DNA of 39,034 nt from contig NW_019091361.1 of assembly GCF_001949145.1 (NCBI RefSeq), positions 4,212,164 to 4,251,197 on the forward strand, read 5' to 3'. The notes below the pieces were generated by a model. The model did no database searches. It was not told the origin of the DNA and was given only the letters and a program-made list of their open reading frames with translations. The translations under genes were made by a program, and so were the position numbers. Source of the stretch: Acanthaster planci (taxonomy: Eukaryota). Within the stretch, counting starts at the first letter, position 1, and each line of letters opens with the position of its first letter. Shown in pieces: positions 1 to 10,829 of the stretch.

Positions 1-84
1 GTTAACTGAAATTCAACTAGGCTTATTTACAGAGAAATTTGGTCTTTTTTTTCCTGTGACATTGGATCAAAACCATTGAATAGA

Positions 85-146
85 ATGGCGGCAGATAATA
101 TTGTCATCAAACAGGAAGTGACGGACGCCATGAACCTGGAGGAACG
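85..146 (+). CDS. POLR3F: POLR3F (RNA polymerase III subunit RPC6) coding exon 1, 62 nt, MAADNIVIKQEVTDAMNLEE(R)
   Basis: ATG at 85; donor CG|GTGAGA at 146/147; phase 2 joins exon 2 (CG+T = Arg); resembles the RPC6 N-terminus leading into E-x-R-I-x-E. Confidence 0.88.
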
Positions 147-245
147 GTGAGATGAGGAAAAAGATATGTGTGATTACCCCACAGTTCGGGGGTACCGAAC
201 GATACGGTTATTTCTGTACCGGTCACGCAGGCCAAGACATGCAAG

Positions 246-398
246 GTACAGTCCACTAATTCAAGCCCCATTGAAAACAGTGTAAAATCAGCACCGTTCA
301 GGGCCCAATAGCATGCACGCCAACATCCCTGAGATTTCTGAAACACAAATGAAATTCTTGTCTGGTCATTTATCTTTCAATTTCTTTTCAATTGTCTA
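246..398. mobile_element. Left part of a MITE, same family as 12010-12471; runs into an assembly gap
   Basis: AATTCAAGCCCCATTGAAAACAGTGTAAAATCAGC matches AATTCAAGCTCCATCAAAAATAGTGTAAAATCAAC at ~12025, with looser similarity continuing to TTTTCAATT. Confidence 0.7.
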
Positions 399-818
399 NN
401 NNNNNNNNNNNNNNNNNNNNNNNNNNNNNNNNNNNNNNNNNNNNNNNNNNNNNNNNNNNNNNNNNNNNNNNNNNNNNNNNNNNNNNNNNNNNNNNNNNNN
501 NNNNNNNNNNNNNNNNNNNNNNNNNNNNNNNNNNNNNNNNNNNNNNNNNNNNNNNNNNNNNNNNNNNNNNNNNNNNNNNNNNNNNNNNNNNNNNNNNNNN
601 NNNNNNNNNNNNNNNNNNNNNNNNNNNNNNNNNNNNNNNNNNNNNNNNNNNNNNNNNNNNNNNNNNNNNNNNNNNNNNNNNNNNNNNNNNNNNNNNNNNN
701 NNNNNNNNNNNNNNNNNNNNNNNNNNNNNNNNNNNNNNNNNNNNNNNNNNNNNNNNNNNNNNNNNNNNNNNNNNNNNNNNNNNNNNNNNNNNNNNNNNNN
801 NNNNNNNNNNNNNNNNNN
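399..818. other. Assembly gap (N run)
   Basis: Ns. Confidence 1.
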
Positions 819-1455
819 AACTTCGCCCACGCTGTGCATATCCAACTAAATGCACCACCGAGGCACGTACATGTACCTTAGCTTCACTGATAAAAGTTGA
901 AAGTTGCTTCATCAATTACAGACATAAACAACTGTATCGATTCTAGGCTACAAATTGTAATTCACTTTGCTGAGCTGATGAGGTTTGATCATTTGATCAA
1001 ATATTAAGAGCGATTTGTCCAGAAATTTATTCCTTCGTGTGTCATAAGTTGGCAATGGCAGTACAGAAACTTTGGTACGGTGAAACAGCGCCCTCTGGAA
1101 ATTGAAATTGCTGCACTGACAACCTCCCTCCACCAATACACATACATGTTTCATTCATCATACATATACTCTCTCCATGAACATTACAATTCTGCTAGTA
1201 TAACACTTACTTGTTAAAATGCTGTGATACTCAAAATTTTCAACTTTTATAAATGAAATTATGGTATGTGCCTCGGTGGTGCATTCTGTCGGATATGTAC
1301 ATGTACAGTGTGGGCAAAGTGGTGCATGGGCGAAGTGGCAAATGGGTGAAGTGGCAAATGGGTGAAGTGGCAAATGGGTGAAGTGGCAAATGGGCGAAGG
1401 GGTAAATGGGCAAAGGGGTAAATGGGTGAAGTGGCAAATAGGCGAAGTGACTGTA
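819..1455. mobile_element. Foldback-like element: inverted arms 819-946 and ~1194-1320 plus terminal 16-bp tandem array; left end lost in the gap
   Basis: ATGCACCACCGAGGCAC and ATAAAAGTTGAAA occur on + at 850-903 and on - at 1238-1284; ORF-track peptides CAYPTKCTTEART (+) and CTYPTECTTEAHT (-) mirror each other. Confidence 0.75.
1311..1450. repeat. 16-bp minisatellite (TGGGYGAAGTGGCAAA) x ~9
   Basis: Units start at 1311, 1327, 1343, 1359, 1375, 1391, 1407, 1423 and 1439. Confidence 0.92.
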
Positions 1456-1980
1456 AAACTGCAAAGCATAGTACTAGTAGGCTTAGTCATGTTGATTGTG
1501 ATGTGGACTGTCCTTCTCCATCATGGTTTGGGTGTTTGTCACAGTGTCAGCTAACTGTCACGACTGTGGCCTGATCAGGGCTGACTGCGTAGTCCACAGC
1601 AGTTCGTGTAACTTGAATCCTACGAATATTTTTTAACATTTGGACATGTAGGGCCTAGACCTACATGTACACGTATGGTAGGGCTACTCAGACTACTTCA
1701 ATTCTTTGGGTTAGAGTCCCATGCCAACACACAATCTAGGACAGTTTATTGCCTGCAAATGGCTGATAGGTCACTGCAGGGAAAAATGGGTGGCGGCTGT
1801 ATGTATGGAATTCTTTCCAGCCTGTATTAAATTGGCAGACGCATTCTGCTGTACAGGGGACACTTCAAACCATTTAGACTAGTCTGAGTTGGTCTCAGTG
1901 TTTACATAGATCCAGCTCATCTAATTAAACAGGATGTGTCTTACGCATCTCTCCTTCCTGGTTTCTTCCCCTCTTCTCAG

Positions 1981-2098
1981 TATTTTAGAGATGTGCAAGG
2001 ACGAGGCTAAAGGCGTAGCCGATGCTTTCATTAGGCAGCAGCTTCCTCACATAGATGCCCAGCAGAGAGTCAAAGCCATCAATCGCCTACTGTCATTG
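1981..2098 (+). CDS. POLR3F: POLR3F coding exon 2, 118 nt, ILEMCKDEAKGVADAFIRQQLPHIDAQQRVKAINRLLSL
   Basis: Long pyrimidine tract ending CTCAG at 1980; donor TTG|GTAAGG; AQQRxxAINRLLS motif of the first RPC6 winged helix. Confidence 0.95.
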
Positions 2099-3149
2099 GT
2101 AAGGTGCCATTTTTTGGTTTTGTTTATGTTTTTGTAATTTTTGAGCGCATGAAAGGGTATTTTTTCTCCGTTCCTCTCATCCGTGTAGAGTTTGAAAGGA
2201 AAGAAAACAGGATGATCTATTATTTTTAGTTTTAATATTTTTGCAAACAAAATATATATTTACTGTTACCTGGTTGACAGATATTTTTTTCTAAACAGCC
2301 GACATTAAACCCATATCTTGTAACTGCTCAATGCTCCCCTTTGGCTTTGGAGCAAGTGGCATTATTGTTTAAGTGATTAGCCATGAAGATGCATGATCAC
2401 AGTTTGATCCCTGGATTAGATTGGCCGATTTGCAGACTCTCTTTTTTTGGCACTTGCTGTTTTTTGGGTTTTAAATTGAATCCAAATGAAATAACAGGAT
2501 AATTTTTCATTTTGTTTTGGTGATGTGTTACTCTAGCACTTTGTCTGGCTTCCATTTCTTGCATGCAAATTCACATTGACAAGGTAGACAGGTGGAACCA
2601 GATGAAGATTTGTCAAGTACCAAAGACATTGAGTGCCCATGTTCATTTGCCTGAACATGTTCTATATAGCAGCAAAACTATATATCTGTACTGCATAGTA
2701 TTTTACTTATGACAGTAATGAGGAAAAATGGATGACTCCTAAGGTCTAAAATATGCTGACTACAACAGCACAATAGACAGTTATCATTTGTCAGCCATTT
2801 TGAATTGAAAGTGATGTTCACTTTTCATTTTCAGAACCCGAAAGTAAAAATAACGGCAACAGAATAAAATTTATGACAAAACAATACCAGTTTACATTTA
2901 CCAAAATTTAGTAAATGTTTTAAGCCGCGTTTAAGAAAAACGAAAGTGGGGCTTGGAACCCAAAATAGTCTGGCACCTCCCCTATATAAGATTACATTGC
3001 ACACAATATATTCCGGGAACACAATTGAAAATGACTTACTGCATGAATAAGGTCTTTTGTGATCTAGACCAGAAATGTACAAGGTAATAGCAGTCTCCTT
3101 GTTGAGGACTGGTTGTTGATGATTGAAAAAAAAGTGATTGGCTCTTTAA

Positions 3150-3453
3150 CCCTAACCCTACATAGTACTACGAATTACTAGTTGTAGTAAAATTAATATT
3201 CAGTCTTGTCGCTTGTAAGAGGATGTGACCTTATTGTTCTCTGAAGCTATAAGATAAAATAGAAAAGACAATGTACCATACAGTGCTGTGGCACTATGAA
3301 TGCATGGCTTTATTATTCTCTGTACAAGTAACAATGGAAGTAACCTAGCCAGAAGTAGTAATTTGTAGCGCTAGGTCCTTCAGGCTCAGACTATTACTTA
3401 GTAGTTTGTAGTACTGTGTAGTGTAAGCCAAACAATATGCTTGGCAGTTAGGG
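3150..3453. mobile_element. piggyBac-like non-autonomous element (MITE), 304 bp
   Basis: TTAA|CCCTAAC...GTTAGGG|TTAA, with subterminal inverted repeats CTACATAGTACTACGAATTACTA / TAGTAGTTTGTAGTACTGTGTAG. Confidence 0.8.
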
Positions 3454-3681
3454 TTAATGTGCTGTTTATTTCCGTTTGCCTTCTAACATTGCTTATAAGG
3501 TTACTTCCTAGATATCTTAAAAGCTTTAAGAAGTCTTACGAGCTATTTCCAAGTGTCCCAGTCCTGTTTTCATCTGTTTTGACAAAAAGCTCAATGAAAT
3601 ATGTGTGTTTTGTGTATTTATTCACATTGCTTGTTGTCTACTAAGTGGACAAGTGTAACTTTCTTTTTTCTTTCAATCCAG

Positions 3682-3749
3682 GGCAAGATTGATCTCGTGA
3701 AACAAGGATCGGAACTGTTATACAGACTCAAAGATCCGTCCTCCATTAG
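3682..3749 (+). CDS. POLR3F: POLR3F coding exon 3, 68 nt, GKIDLVKQGSELLYRLKDPSSI(S)
   Basis: Acceptor TTTCAATCCAG|; donor AG|GTTAGT; GxxDL...LLYRxK motif; frame compatible on both sides; not in the ORF track. Confidence 0.93.
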
Positions 3750-4338
3750 GTTAGTAAAAAACATGTAATTCATTTTGTAAATGGCCGTTCTTATGGATAT
3801 TCATGAAATCCAAAGACACTGCTTGCGCATGGTAATTTGTATTCAGCAAAGGTTGCAGATTTTGCAACTTGAATTCGCACAAATCTGCATAGCCTGCAGT
3901 GCTGTGTGTGGGCCCCTGATATTGAAATGTCTTTCGGTAACAGTAATTGCATTTCTAGAACTAAGGGCAAACTTGTGCATGGAGCTCACCTGGAGCACAT
4001 GGCCTTTGGTTCACATGGGCCTTTCTCTGAAACAAGGCGAACACTTTACTGTACCCTCCAGGCCACAGTTAAATGCGACCAAAACCTCCTTTGCCTCAAA
4101 TATGGCAAGATTTAAAGCTTGTTTGTTCTGTACTAAGATTTAAAGAGCATTGGTAGTCTTATTACTTTTTCTTCGGCGCAATTTTTCTGCAACTTTATAC
4201 AAAGACATGTATATTCTTTCTGAAGTTTGAATTTAAGAATGTATTTCAGAGACCCTTTAACAGCACTGAAGCGGTGGATCATTTTTATAACTCAACCATT
4301 TAAAAAAACTTTAATATGGATGTGTCTTTCTTGTGTAG

Positions 4339-4519
4339 TAAAGTGAAAGGTGTGGACAACCAGGAGAGACTGGTCTACCAGATCATCGAGGAGGCTGGTA
4401 ACAAAGGCATCTGGATCCGTGACATCCGCCTTCGTAGTAATCTCCTGCTCACGCAACTCAATAAGATCTTGAAGACGTTAGAGAGCCGGAACCTCATCAA
4501 AGCCGTCAAGTCCGTCGGG
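4339..4519 (+). CDS. POLR3F: POLR3F coding exon 4, 181 nt, KVKGVDNQERLVYQIIEEAGNKGIWIRDIRLRSNLLLTQLNKILKTLESRNLIKAVKSVG
   Basis: Acceptor TTGTGTAG|; donor GGG|GTGAGC; highly characteristic RPC34-family segment LVYQIIEEAGNKGIW...LIKAVKSV. Confidence 0.97.
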
Positions 4520-4785
4520 GTGAGCGGATGGTTCTTAGGTCGTGTCACTTCTTTCCACAGTCCTCCCAGTGCTCTCCACATTTCACTGAAATATAAGAGA
4601 CCTTGCACAAGGTAGAGAGCGGGACATATGGCCTGATCTCATTTGGGCACAACACAGCTTGAGTAGGGAAGAAGATGGAATTTTGTTATCTTGCTGTTGC
4701 CACCGTTGGACTTGAATAAATGTTGTGCTATGCTGGGCATAGATTGTCAGTATGCCTGGGAACCCAATTTTGCTTTGTGATGTAA

Positions 4786-4998
4786 GGGGTCATACTGATT
4801 GGTCGATCTGATGCACAGATCTTGTAGCCAAATCTGTCAGCTGATGACGCTGTAAATGTTTTAGCCACAGTTATGGATGAATGTTTTCAAATGGAAAATG
4901 TCAGAGATTTTCTTCAGGATTTACCAACAGTGCAGTACAATCGAGCGATCATGCAGATTGACCAAATGTGCTTGATAAGAACAAGTGTTCTGTGCCCC
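4786..4998. mobile_element. Degenerate inverted-repeat element (MITE-like)
   Basis: TTGGTCGATCTGATGCA (4799) is inverted as ATGCAGATTGACCAA (4951-4965); outer ends TAA|GGGG...CCCC|TGA. Confidence 0.4.
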
Positions 4999-5288
4999 TG
5001 AATCTGCGGATGCAATTTTGATAGAATCGTTGTGACATTAGCTTACCAGAAACTATGGTACTGGCAAGGAGTTAGGAGTTTCAATGCAAGAATGATTTTA
5101 ATGATTTGGTATAAATTTGGACTGCTTTCCAAGGGGGATCTGTTGACAGTTCTGCTTGTCGTGAAATAGATCCCACGCATCGCCTCGCAAGTGAAGATTT
5201 TATTCTGTACCCAAGTCAAAGGAACCATTATATGATTACTAGCAGCTCATTATTGTGCAGAGCTTGAAAGATTTTGGTTTCCTCTAAT

Positions 5289-5412
5289 AAGTTCGATCGG
5301 GGGCCATTTGTTAACTACCGGTTGATTTTGCCTGGTGCCCAGTGTATATTTCATGCATAGGTTACCAGTCGAAACTGGCTGTTAGTTGACAATTTGGTGG
5401 CTGGTCGAACTT
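5289..5412. mobile_element. Short hairpin MITE just upstream of the exon 5 acceptor
   Basis: AAGTTCGATCGGGGGCCATTTGTTAACTA versus the reverse complement of the right end, AAGTTCGACCAGCCACCAAATTGTCAACTA. Confidence 0.6.
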
Positions 5413-5458
5413 GTCCCATGTAGTACATTCACTGTTTCTCTATCCTCCACACATCCAG

Positions 5459-5602
5459 GCCTCCAAACGCAAGGTGTACATGCTGTTCAATCTGGAACCA
5501 GACCGGTCGGTGACGGGAGGTGCCTGGTACAGCGACCAAGACTTCGAGTCGGAGTTCGTGGAAGTCCTCAACCAGCAGTGTTATAAGTTTCTCCAACAGA
5601 AG
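5459..5602 (+). CDS. POLR3F: POLR3F coding exon 5, 144 nt, ASKRKVYMLFNLEPDRSVTGGAWYSDQDFESEFVEVLNQQCYKFLQQK
   Basis: Acceptor CATCCAG|; donor AAG|GTACTT; signature PDRSVTGGAWYSDQDFESEFVEVLNQQC. Confidence 0.97.
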
Positions 5603-5630
5603 GTACTTGTAAATTCACAGAGGGAACGTC

Positions 5631-5965
5631 AGTGACTTAGATTATACATGGTTAGGACTCTCAGCACCCAGTCATAGGGTGAGGGGTTCGAATCTTGCAG
5701 CTGGTTACATCACTTCACTCTCACGTGCCACTCTCCATCCAGGGGTAAATGGGTCCCTGTGAGGTCAGTAATGGCCATTGTATCAGTAAGCTGTTGGCAC
5801 CTGATATTGTATTCTTCCCTGGGTGCTGAGATGGTTTCTGGAATGTCCTGATGTCGTTAGACGAATGAGCAGTGATAGTAATTATGTAACACCTTGAACA
5901 TCAGTCATAGTAGGCAAGTGGACTTTATAAATACCCATTATTATCATTATTGTAATCATTATAAT
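5631..5965 (+). mobile_element. tRNA-derived SINE with central domain and L2-type (TTA)n tail
   Basis: B-box GGTTCGAATC at 5685-5694; A-box-like AGTGACTTAG...TGGTTAG; central CACTCTCCATCCAGGGGTAAATGGGT motif typical of invertebrate SINEs; tail TATAAATACCCATTATTATCATTATT. Confidence 0.75.
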
Positions 5966-6775
5966 TGTGCTGTAACATGCTTCGTTTTTCTGTCATTGGT
6001 ATTAAATGCAACCAAAGGGAATGGTACTGATATTTTATCGGCAACATCTGAAAGTCACACAGTTAGCTTTTGCTTGTAGTAACACACATGTCTGTAGGAT
6101 CTGGCCGAAGCTGGCTCACTAGAAGCTTCAGTAGGCGGGAATGCCAGTGCTAGCCAAAGCCAAAGCCAAAACCTCCAGACTCAGGCCTGGTTTGTTTGCT
6201 CAGAATGGCCGTTCAGCAAGAGCTGATGATCAGTATTGCCCCCTTGGCGAAACCAAAGGGGCATACTGCATTTGCCTTGTCCTTCTGGGTCTGTGTGGTT
6301 CCATCTGTCTGCCATTCTATCCTCAGTCAGTTTTTCACCGTAACTCAAGAAGGACTTTGCATCAACTTCAAACGTGGTTTGTGGGTTGTCTTGGTGTCCC
6401 ACAGAAGATGATAGGTTTGGGACCCCATAGGTCAAAGGTCAGCTCAGTCCCCATCATGAAATGTGGCAAAGGGGGAAACCCCCCCCCATATGATGCATAA
6501 AGTATATACCTAAGGCTGTTATGCCTACTGCATCCCTCCGAAAATCTGAAAGGAGTTCCCAGTAGTCCCACAACACAAACGTAAACACAAAAGAAGACAC
6601 AAAAGGAGGCCCTCTTCACCACATATCGTGCATCCTTTTTTTTTTTCATTTTAAAATCCCATTACAGACATCATTATGGCTTCCATTATGGATGGTGGAC
6701 TTACTAAAACTCATTTAATCCAAACTTACTGTCCAGTGGATATACATGTATGTCCTGGTTTTCCTTGTTGATTAG

Positions 6776-6883
6776 GCTGATCTAGCTGCCGAGTCCCAGC
6801 TGGACCCAATTCTGAGACGCAACCAGTCCTACGGGTCCTCTGAAGACGTCTGGAAATTCATCCGAGAACTTGGCATTAGCAAG
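6776..6883 (+). CDS. POLR3F: POLR3F coding exon 6, 108 nt, ADLAAESQLDPILRRNQSYGSSEDVWKFIRELGISK
   Basis: Acceptor TTGATTAG|; donor AAG|GTGGGT; VWKxIxELGISK motif; phase 0/0; not in the ORF track. Confidence 0.95.
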
Positions 6884-7983
6884 GTGGGTAAAACTAATTG
6901 TTTGATGCTGAGATTTTATAGTGCAATACAGTAGAGTACAGTACATTGTAGAGTATATGTCATTGAACCTCTCAATATTATGCAGCAGCTGAGAAATATT
7001 GTAGGTACTGATGGGTCACAAGTGAAAAATTGGAAAATTGTTAAATAAAATTTAAGCAGGACATTCGCAACCAATCTTGTGTTTTTTACATTTTTTTCAC
7101 ACAACTGTTGCACGAGTTCTTTTGAGAAAAAGGAAAGCCCCACAATTCACTCTTGCTACATGTGCCTTTGTGAAGTGTCAGTTTCTTAAAGGGTGCTTTT
7201 TTTAGTGTTTTAGTTTTCTTGATTAACTCAGCTTGTATTAAACTTGTATTAAAGGATTAAGAATTCAGAGGTTTAAATTACATCTTTTATCAAAATTAAA
7301 GGCCCATGCACTTCAAGTTCAGCTCACAAATTTGTAAAATGTTCATTTTTTCGTTATCTCCAGTTGGCTATTTCTGTTTTTGGTTACTTTGGACAAGTCC
7401 ATGTAGCTTCTCAAAAGGAGTTCCCCATTTGTTGAATAGTGCCCTCTTGTGACAAAGCACTTTTGATGTCAGTGTTGTTTAAATTATTATTTTGCTTTTC
7501 ATGCACAAGTGCATTTTCAACGATCCCTCAGAGTTTGATCACTAAGAAACTTGTATGTCTCAGGGATCATGTGTAATTTAAGGGATAAACGTCGGTCATC
7601 TTTTCATGTTCTTCCAAGGTACATGTACATGTATGAACTTTCTAGTTATTATCTGCTAATACATGTATGCTTCTTCACCAGAAATGTAATTTCGGATCTC
7701 AGGGTCTTAAATTATGTTAATTTTTCTCAATTATGAGAATTTTCTTTTTTGGGGGTTTCCTTTGCAAATCGGTTTCAGCTGTTATGAGCTGCACATGCAT
7801 TCATGTTTTATGAGATGTACGTACATGTATGTGTTATATCCCGCATGTGAAAATGTGAATTTCCTAGTAATGAGCAAGGAAACAAATTCCTTGGTTTTGT
7901 GTCCCATTTTCAAGCACACCCAGACAAACACGAACCTGCTTCAGATTCATTGCATGTAGGCAGCTTACCGATGCAGCAGTTAA

Positions 7984-8151
7984 AGTTGCACTCACCAAAT
8001 TCAAATTTCGGTTGGTGTTGACAGGTCCCTTCTAGTCTGTGGTCAGCAAACTTGACATGCCCGGTTACATGTATCTCAGATCACAGCGTTAGTACTGTAG
8101 ACCCAATAGGGCCTTGCCCTGTTTATTGTTAGGGTCAAAGCCCATGCAGCT
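7984..8151. mobile_element. Possible Kolobok-like TTAA MITE
   Basis: TTAA|AGTTGCA...TGCAGCT|TTAA; terminal match is short. Confidence 0.35.
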
Positions 8152-8319
8152 TTAAACGACATTGCTCCTTTCAGAAGTAATACGTGGATTTGGCATAAAC
8201 TGGACTAAAATGCTGCAATATGTGCATGTGTAGCTGTCTCTCTCATTGAGCTTTCCATTTAATTTTTATTATCGGTAATGGGTTTTACCCTTATAAGGAG
8301 AGCTTGTGATATATGTTCA

Positions 8320-8420
8320 CAGTCTTGCTTAGGTGGGACTTGAACCCATGACCTCCTGCTTGCTAGTGCAGACTTCTAAAGTACTCGCCCACCAAGCTTG
8401 CCAGGCTCAGCTGGCCGGTC
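8320..8420 (-). mobile_element. tRNA-like SINE head (degenerate)
   Basis: Minus strand reads ...CTGCACTAGCAAGCAGGAGGTCATGGGTTCAAGTCCCACC: B-box/T-arm hairpin and anticodon-like arm, but no intact acceptor stem. Confidence 0.6.
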
Positions 8421-10829
8421 ACAGTCGGATGTAGGGGGGGTACAAACAAATAAATATAGGTCAGTGTAAAGGCAAAACCCATAATTGACAAAAGAGAATC
8501 TCCAGTTCTTCTTCATGTAACTAGGCCGGTGTTTTGGTTGAATCGGGCTCAGGTGTTGATTGCTACATGTAGCTCCAGGGTTGCACACGTACACCAAAGG
8601 TGCAGTGCCGTGAACCAGTGGTACACGGGAACCTGGGAGCAGCTAGGTGGAACCTGGATCTCTACGCCCCCTCAAACAGCTTGACCCTCCTTGTCCAAGT
8701 TGTGACATTGGATCCCATCGCCCAAATCCCACAGCCAGGACTCTGTGATGACCTTGACTGTGAATCTGAAAACTGTTTTCAGTAGCCTTGTTTTTGTGTG
8801 TTTGTGGGAGCCATTGTTCTGCCAACGCTTTATAAAGTGATTTTGTGCACATGTGTGTATGGTATGTTGAAAGATAATCTGGCTGAGGTTGCATGCATTG
8901 CAGCAGCATTGGGATAATATTGTGCATGTACATGTATGTGCATATATTCTTTTTCAAACCGATTGTCTCTGTGTGGTAAATCATTTGTCACATTCTTCAA
9001 ATGTTGCAACCAAGTACAGGAAAATGGTTTGTCAAAAGTCGCATTACCTTACATACATGTATGTACATGGAACATGTTGCAAAACCCTCGCGCATACATG
9101 TAGAATACAGTGTACCCTTTAGACATTGCTTACATGTACAGTAGGAAGGAAAGAACTGATTCTTGGTATTGTCTCAGAATAGCCTTTGCACTATTTCGAA
9201 ATAATCATTGAATGATATAGATATGGTAGGAGTGAAGTCACTTTAATTGATTCTGAGCGACACCGAAGGAGACATTGACCTGGGGTCTGTCTTCAAATCC
9301 AGCAGTGTCGCACCATCTGTCAGTACAGATCAAGTGCCATACTCCCAATCTTAACTACATGTGTGTGACATTTCCGACATTACATGTATATATGTTTCGG
9401 AGCTGTTGAGGCAGATGTTACAGAGCAATAGCAGAATCCAGTCTGGTTCCGGGGACAGGTCACAAGAGGATGTATAAATACCTCTCCATATTAAGTTCAG
9501 TTAGAGCCGGTGCCTGGCATACCACTCCTTTTTAGGGTGGACTGACTGCAAGGGACCTGTAAATGAGATGCGGATTTTCCCTGGCAGTCTGCACTTGATT
9601 GGATCCTGCTGGGACTAACACAGCAAGGTACATGTACTGTACATTGCATTCTAGTACATGTACGCGTAATTGGCATGTGCCAGTGGATTCATTATGCCAT
9701 GGGTACATGTACCAGTAATATGGTACACGTAGGCCTATGCGCAGGATGTGGTTTGGATTAATTAATCCATGTGCATTGGTAATGTCGAGCCTGGGCTGAG
9801 TTTTAATTCCCAATAATTGTTTTTGTTTTTCTTTTTTTGTCTTGTTTGACACTGTGGGGGATATAAACATTGCAAGTGATAAAATAAAGATCCGGCCACT
9901 GTGATTGAAAAGCGTGTGTCTGCATTGGTCCTTAATTGCGACTGTAATGTAACTGTTCACAGCTGTGTGATGCTAAAGAATGCAGAAGTACATTCACCAC
10001 AGCCACCCAGTCGAAAGCAGTCGTCCTATACATGTACATTGCATTCGCTTGCCCAACTGTCTGGAAGATCAACTTGGTCACTGTTTTCAGATGCGCTGTG
10101 GAAAATATGAAGCTGTTCTTGGCAATTTCACCAAATCAGTCACTAGGTGTGGAATGTAGGCCATCTGTAGCAGCAATGGCCACTCCTTCTTCGTCTTAGC
10201 CCCAACCAGCATGTACTTACCGTAGTCCCACATTTTCATTTCCTGGTCAGTCAAGAACAAGCAAAGCTACATGTATGACCCGGTCACCTTTCGTTTGTTA
10301 AACAAATGATCCTTGTGTTCGTGTAAGTTTACGAATGTGTTTGTGTCATCACTGCATGTTGTAGCTATTTTTGTCATACTTTAAACATTCCTTGTTTTGA
10401 ATGTTCCTACTTCCTTGTGGATTCCACTGCAAGGGTTTACAGGCACAGGATCTTTCGTGCAGTTAAATGTATCCAGTTCAAGTCATTAACAAAGTGTATG
10501 CTTTACCTCAGCTTCGTTTCGTTTGAGATCAACTTCAATTCAGATTATTGTTCTCCAATTGCTGATTCTTCCAAACAGATAAATATCCATGTCAAGGAAG
10601 GCTAGTGTCTAGTCTTTGTAATTGGAGATCTTTCCGTGTACAGGTACATGTATATGTCCTCCCTGAACATTTTCAACATTAGACAGGTTCCATACTTGGT
10701 AACTACACATGCATATTAATTTTGAAAACAAAAAGGCATGTTGAGTTGACATTGCGTATAATTCACGTTTGGCCAATACATGTATGTGCATTGTGCTGTT
10801 TGGCTGTTGCATTAGCCGGTTTGCAGTCA

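Noticed and set aside
313..946. Long ORFs of 149-383 aa in the track here and at 26487-27638 and 29609-30290
   Set aside because: Artefacts of translating through N runs
1158..1490. ORFs with repeated PICHFTHLPL peptides; array superficially CRISPR-like
   Set aside because: Translation of a 16-bp minisatellite; units are contiguous with no spacers, there are no cas genes, and the context is eukaryotic
2355..2420. tRNA-like segment AGTGGCATTATTG...CAGTTTGATCCCTGG
   Set aside because: Boxes too degenerate and no cloverleaf; at best an old SINE head
3146..3160. Interstitial telomere or chromosome-healing site
   Set aside because: Only about two units, always paired with an inverted partner and TTAA; better explained as TIRs
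5631..5705. Possible tRNA gene (also 8320-8420)
   Set aside because: No acceptor-stem pairing or T-run terminator; the first copy continues into a SINE body and tail
9203..9258. Box C/D snoRNA-like ATGATA...CTGA
   Set aside because: Imperfect C box, only ~55 nt, no terminal stem and no recognisable rRNA guide
10221..10242. 22-nt minus-strand microexon candidate (CAG|GAAATG...CTACG|GTAAGT)
   Set aside because: The frame reads on through the apparent donor and no partner exons of an intact gene were found; treated as part of the antisense relic
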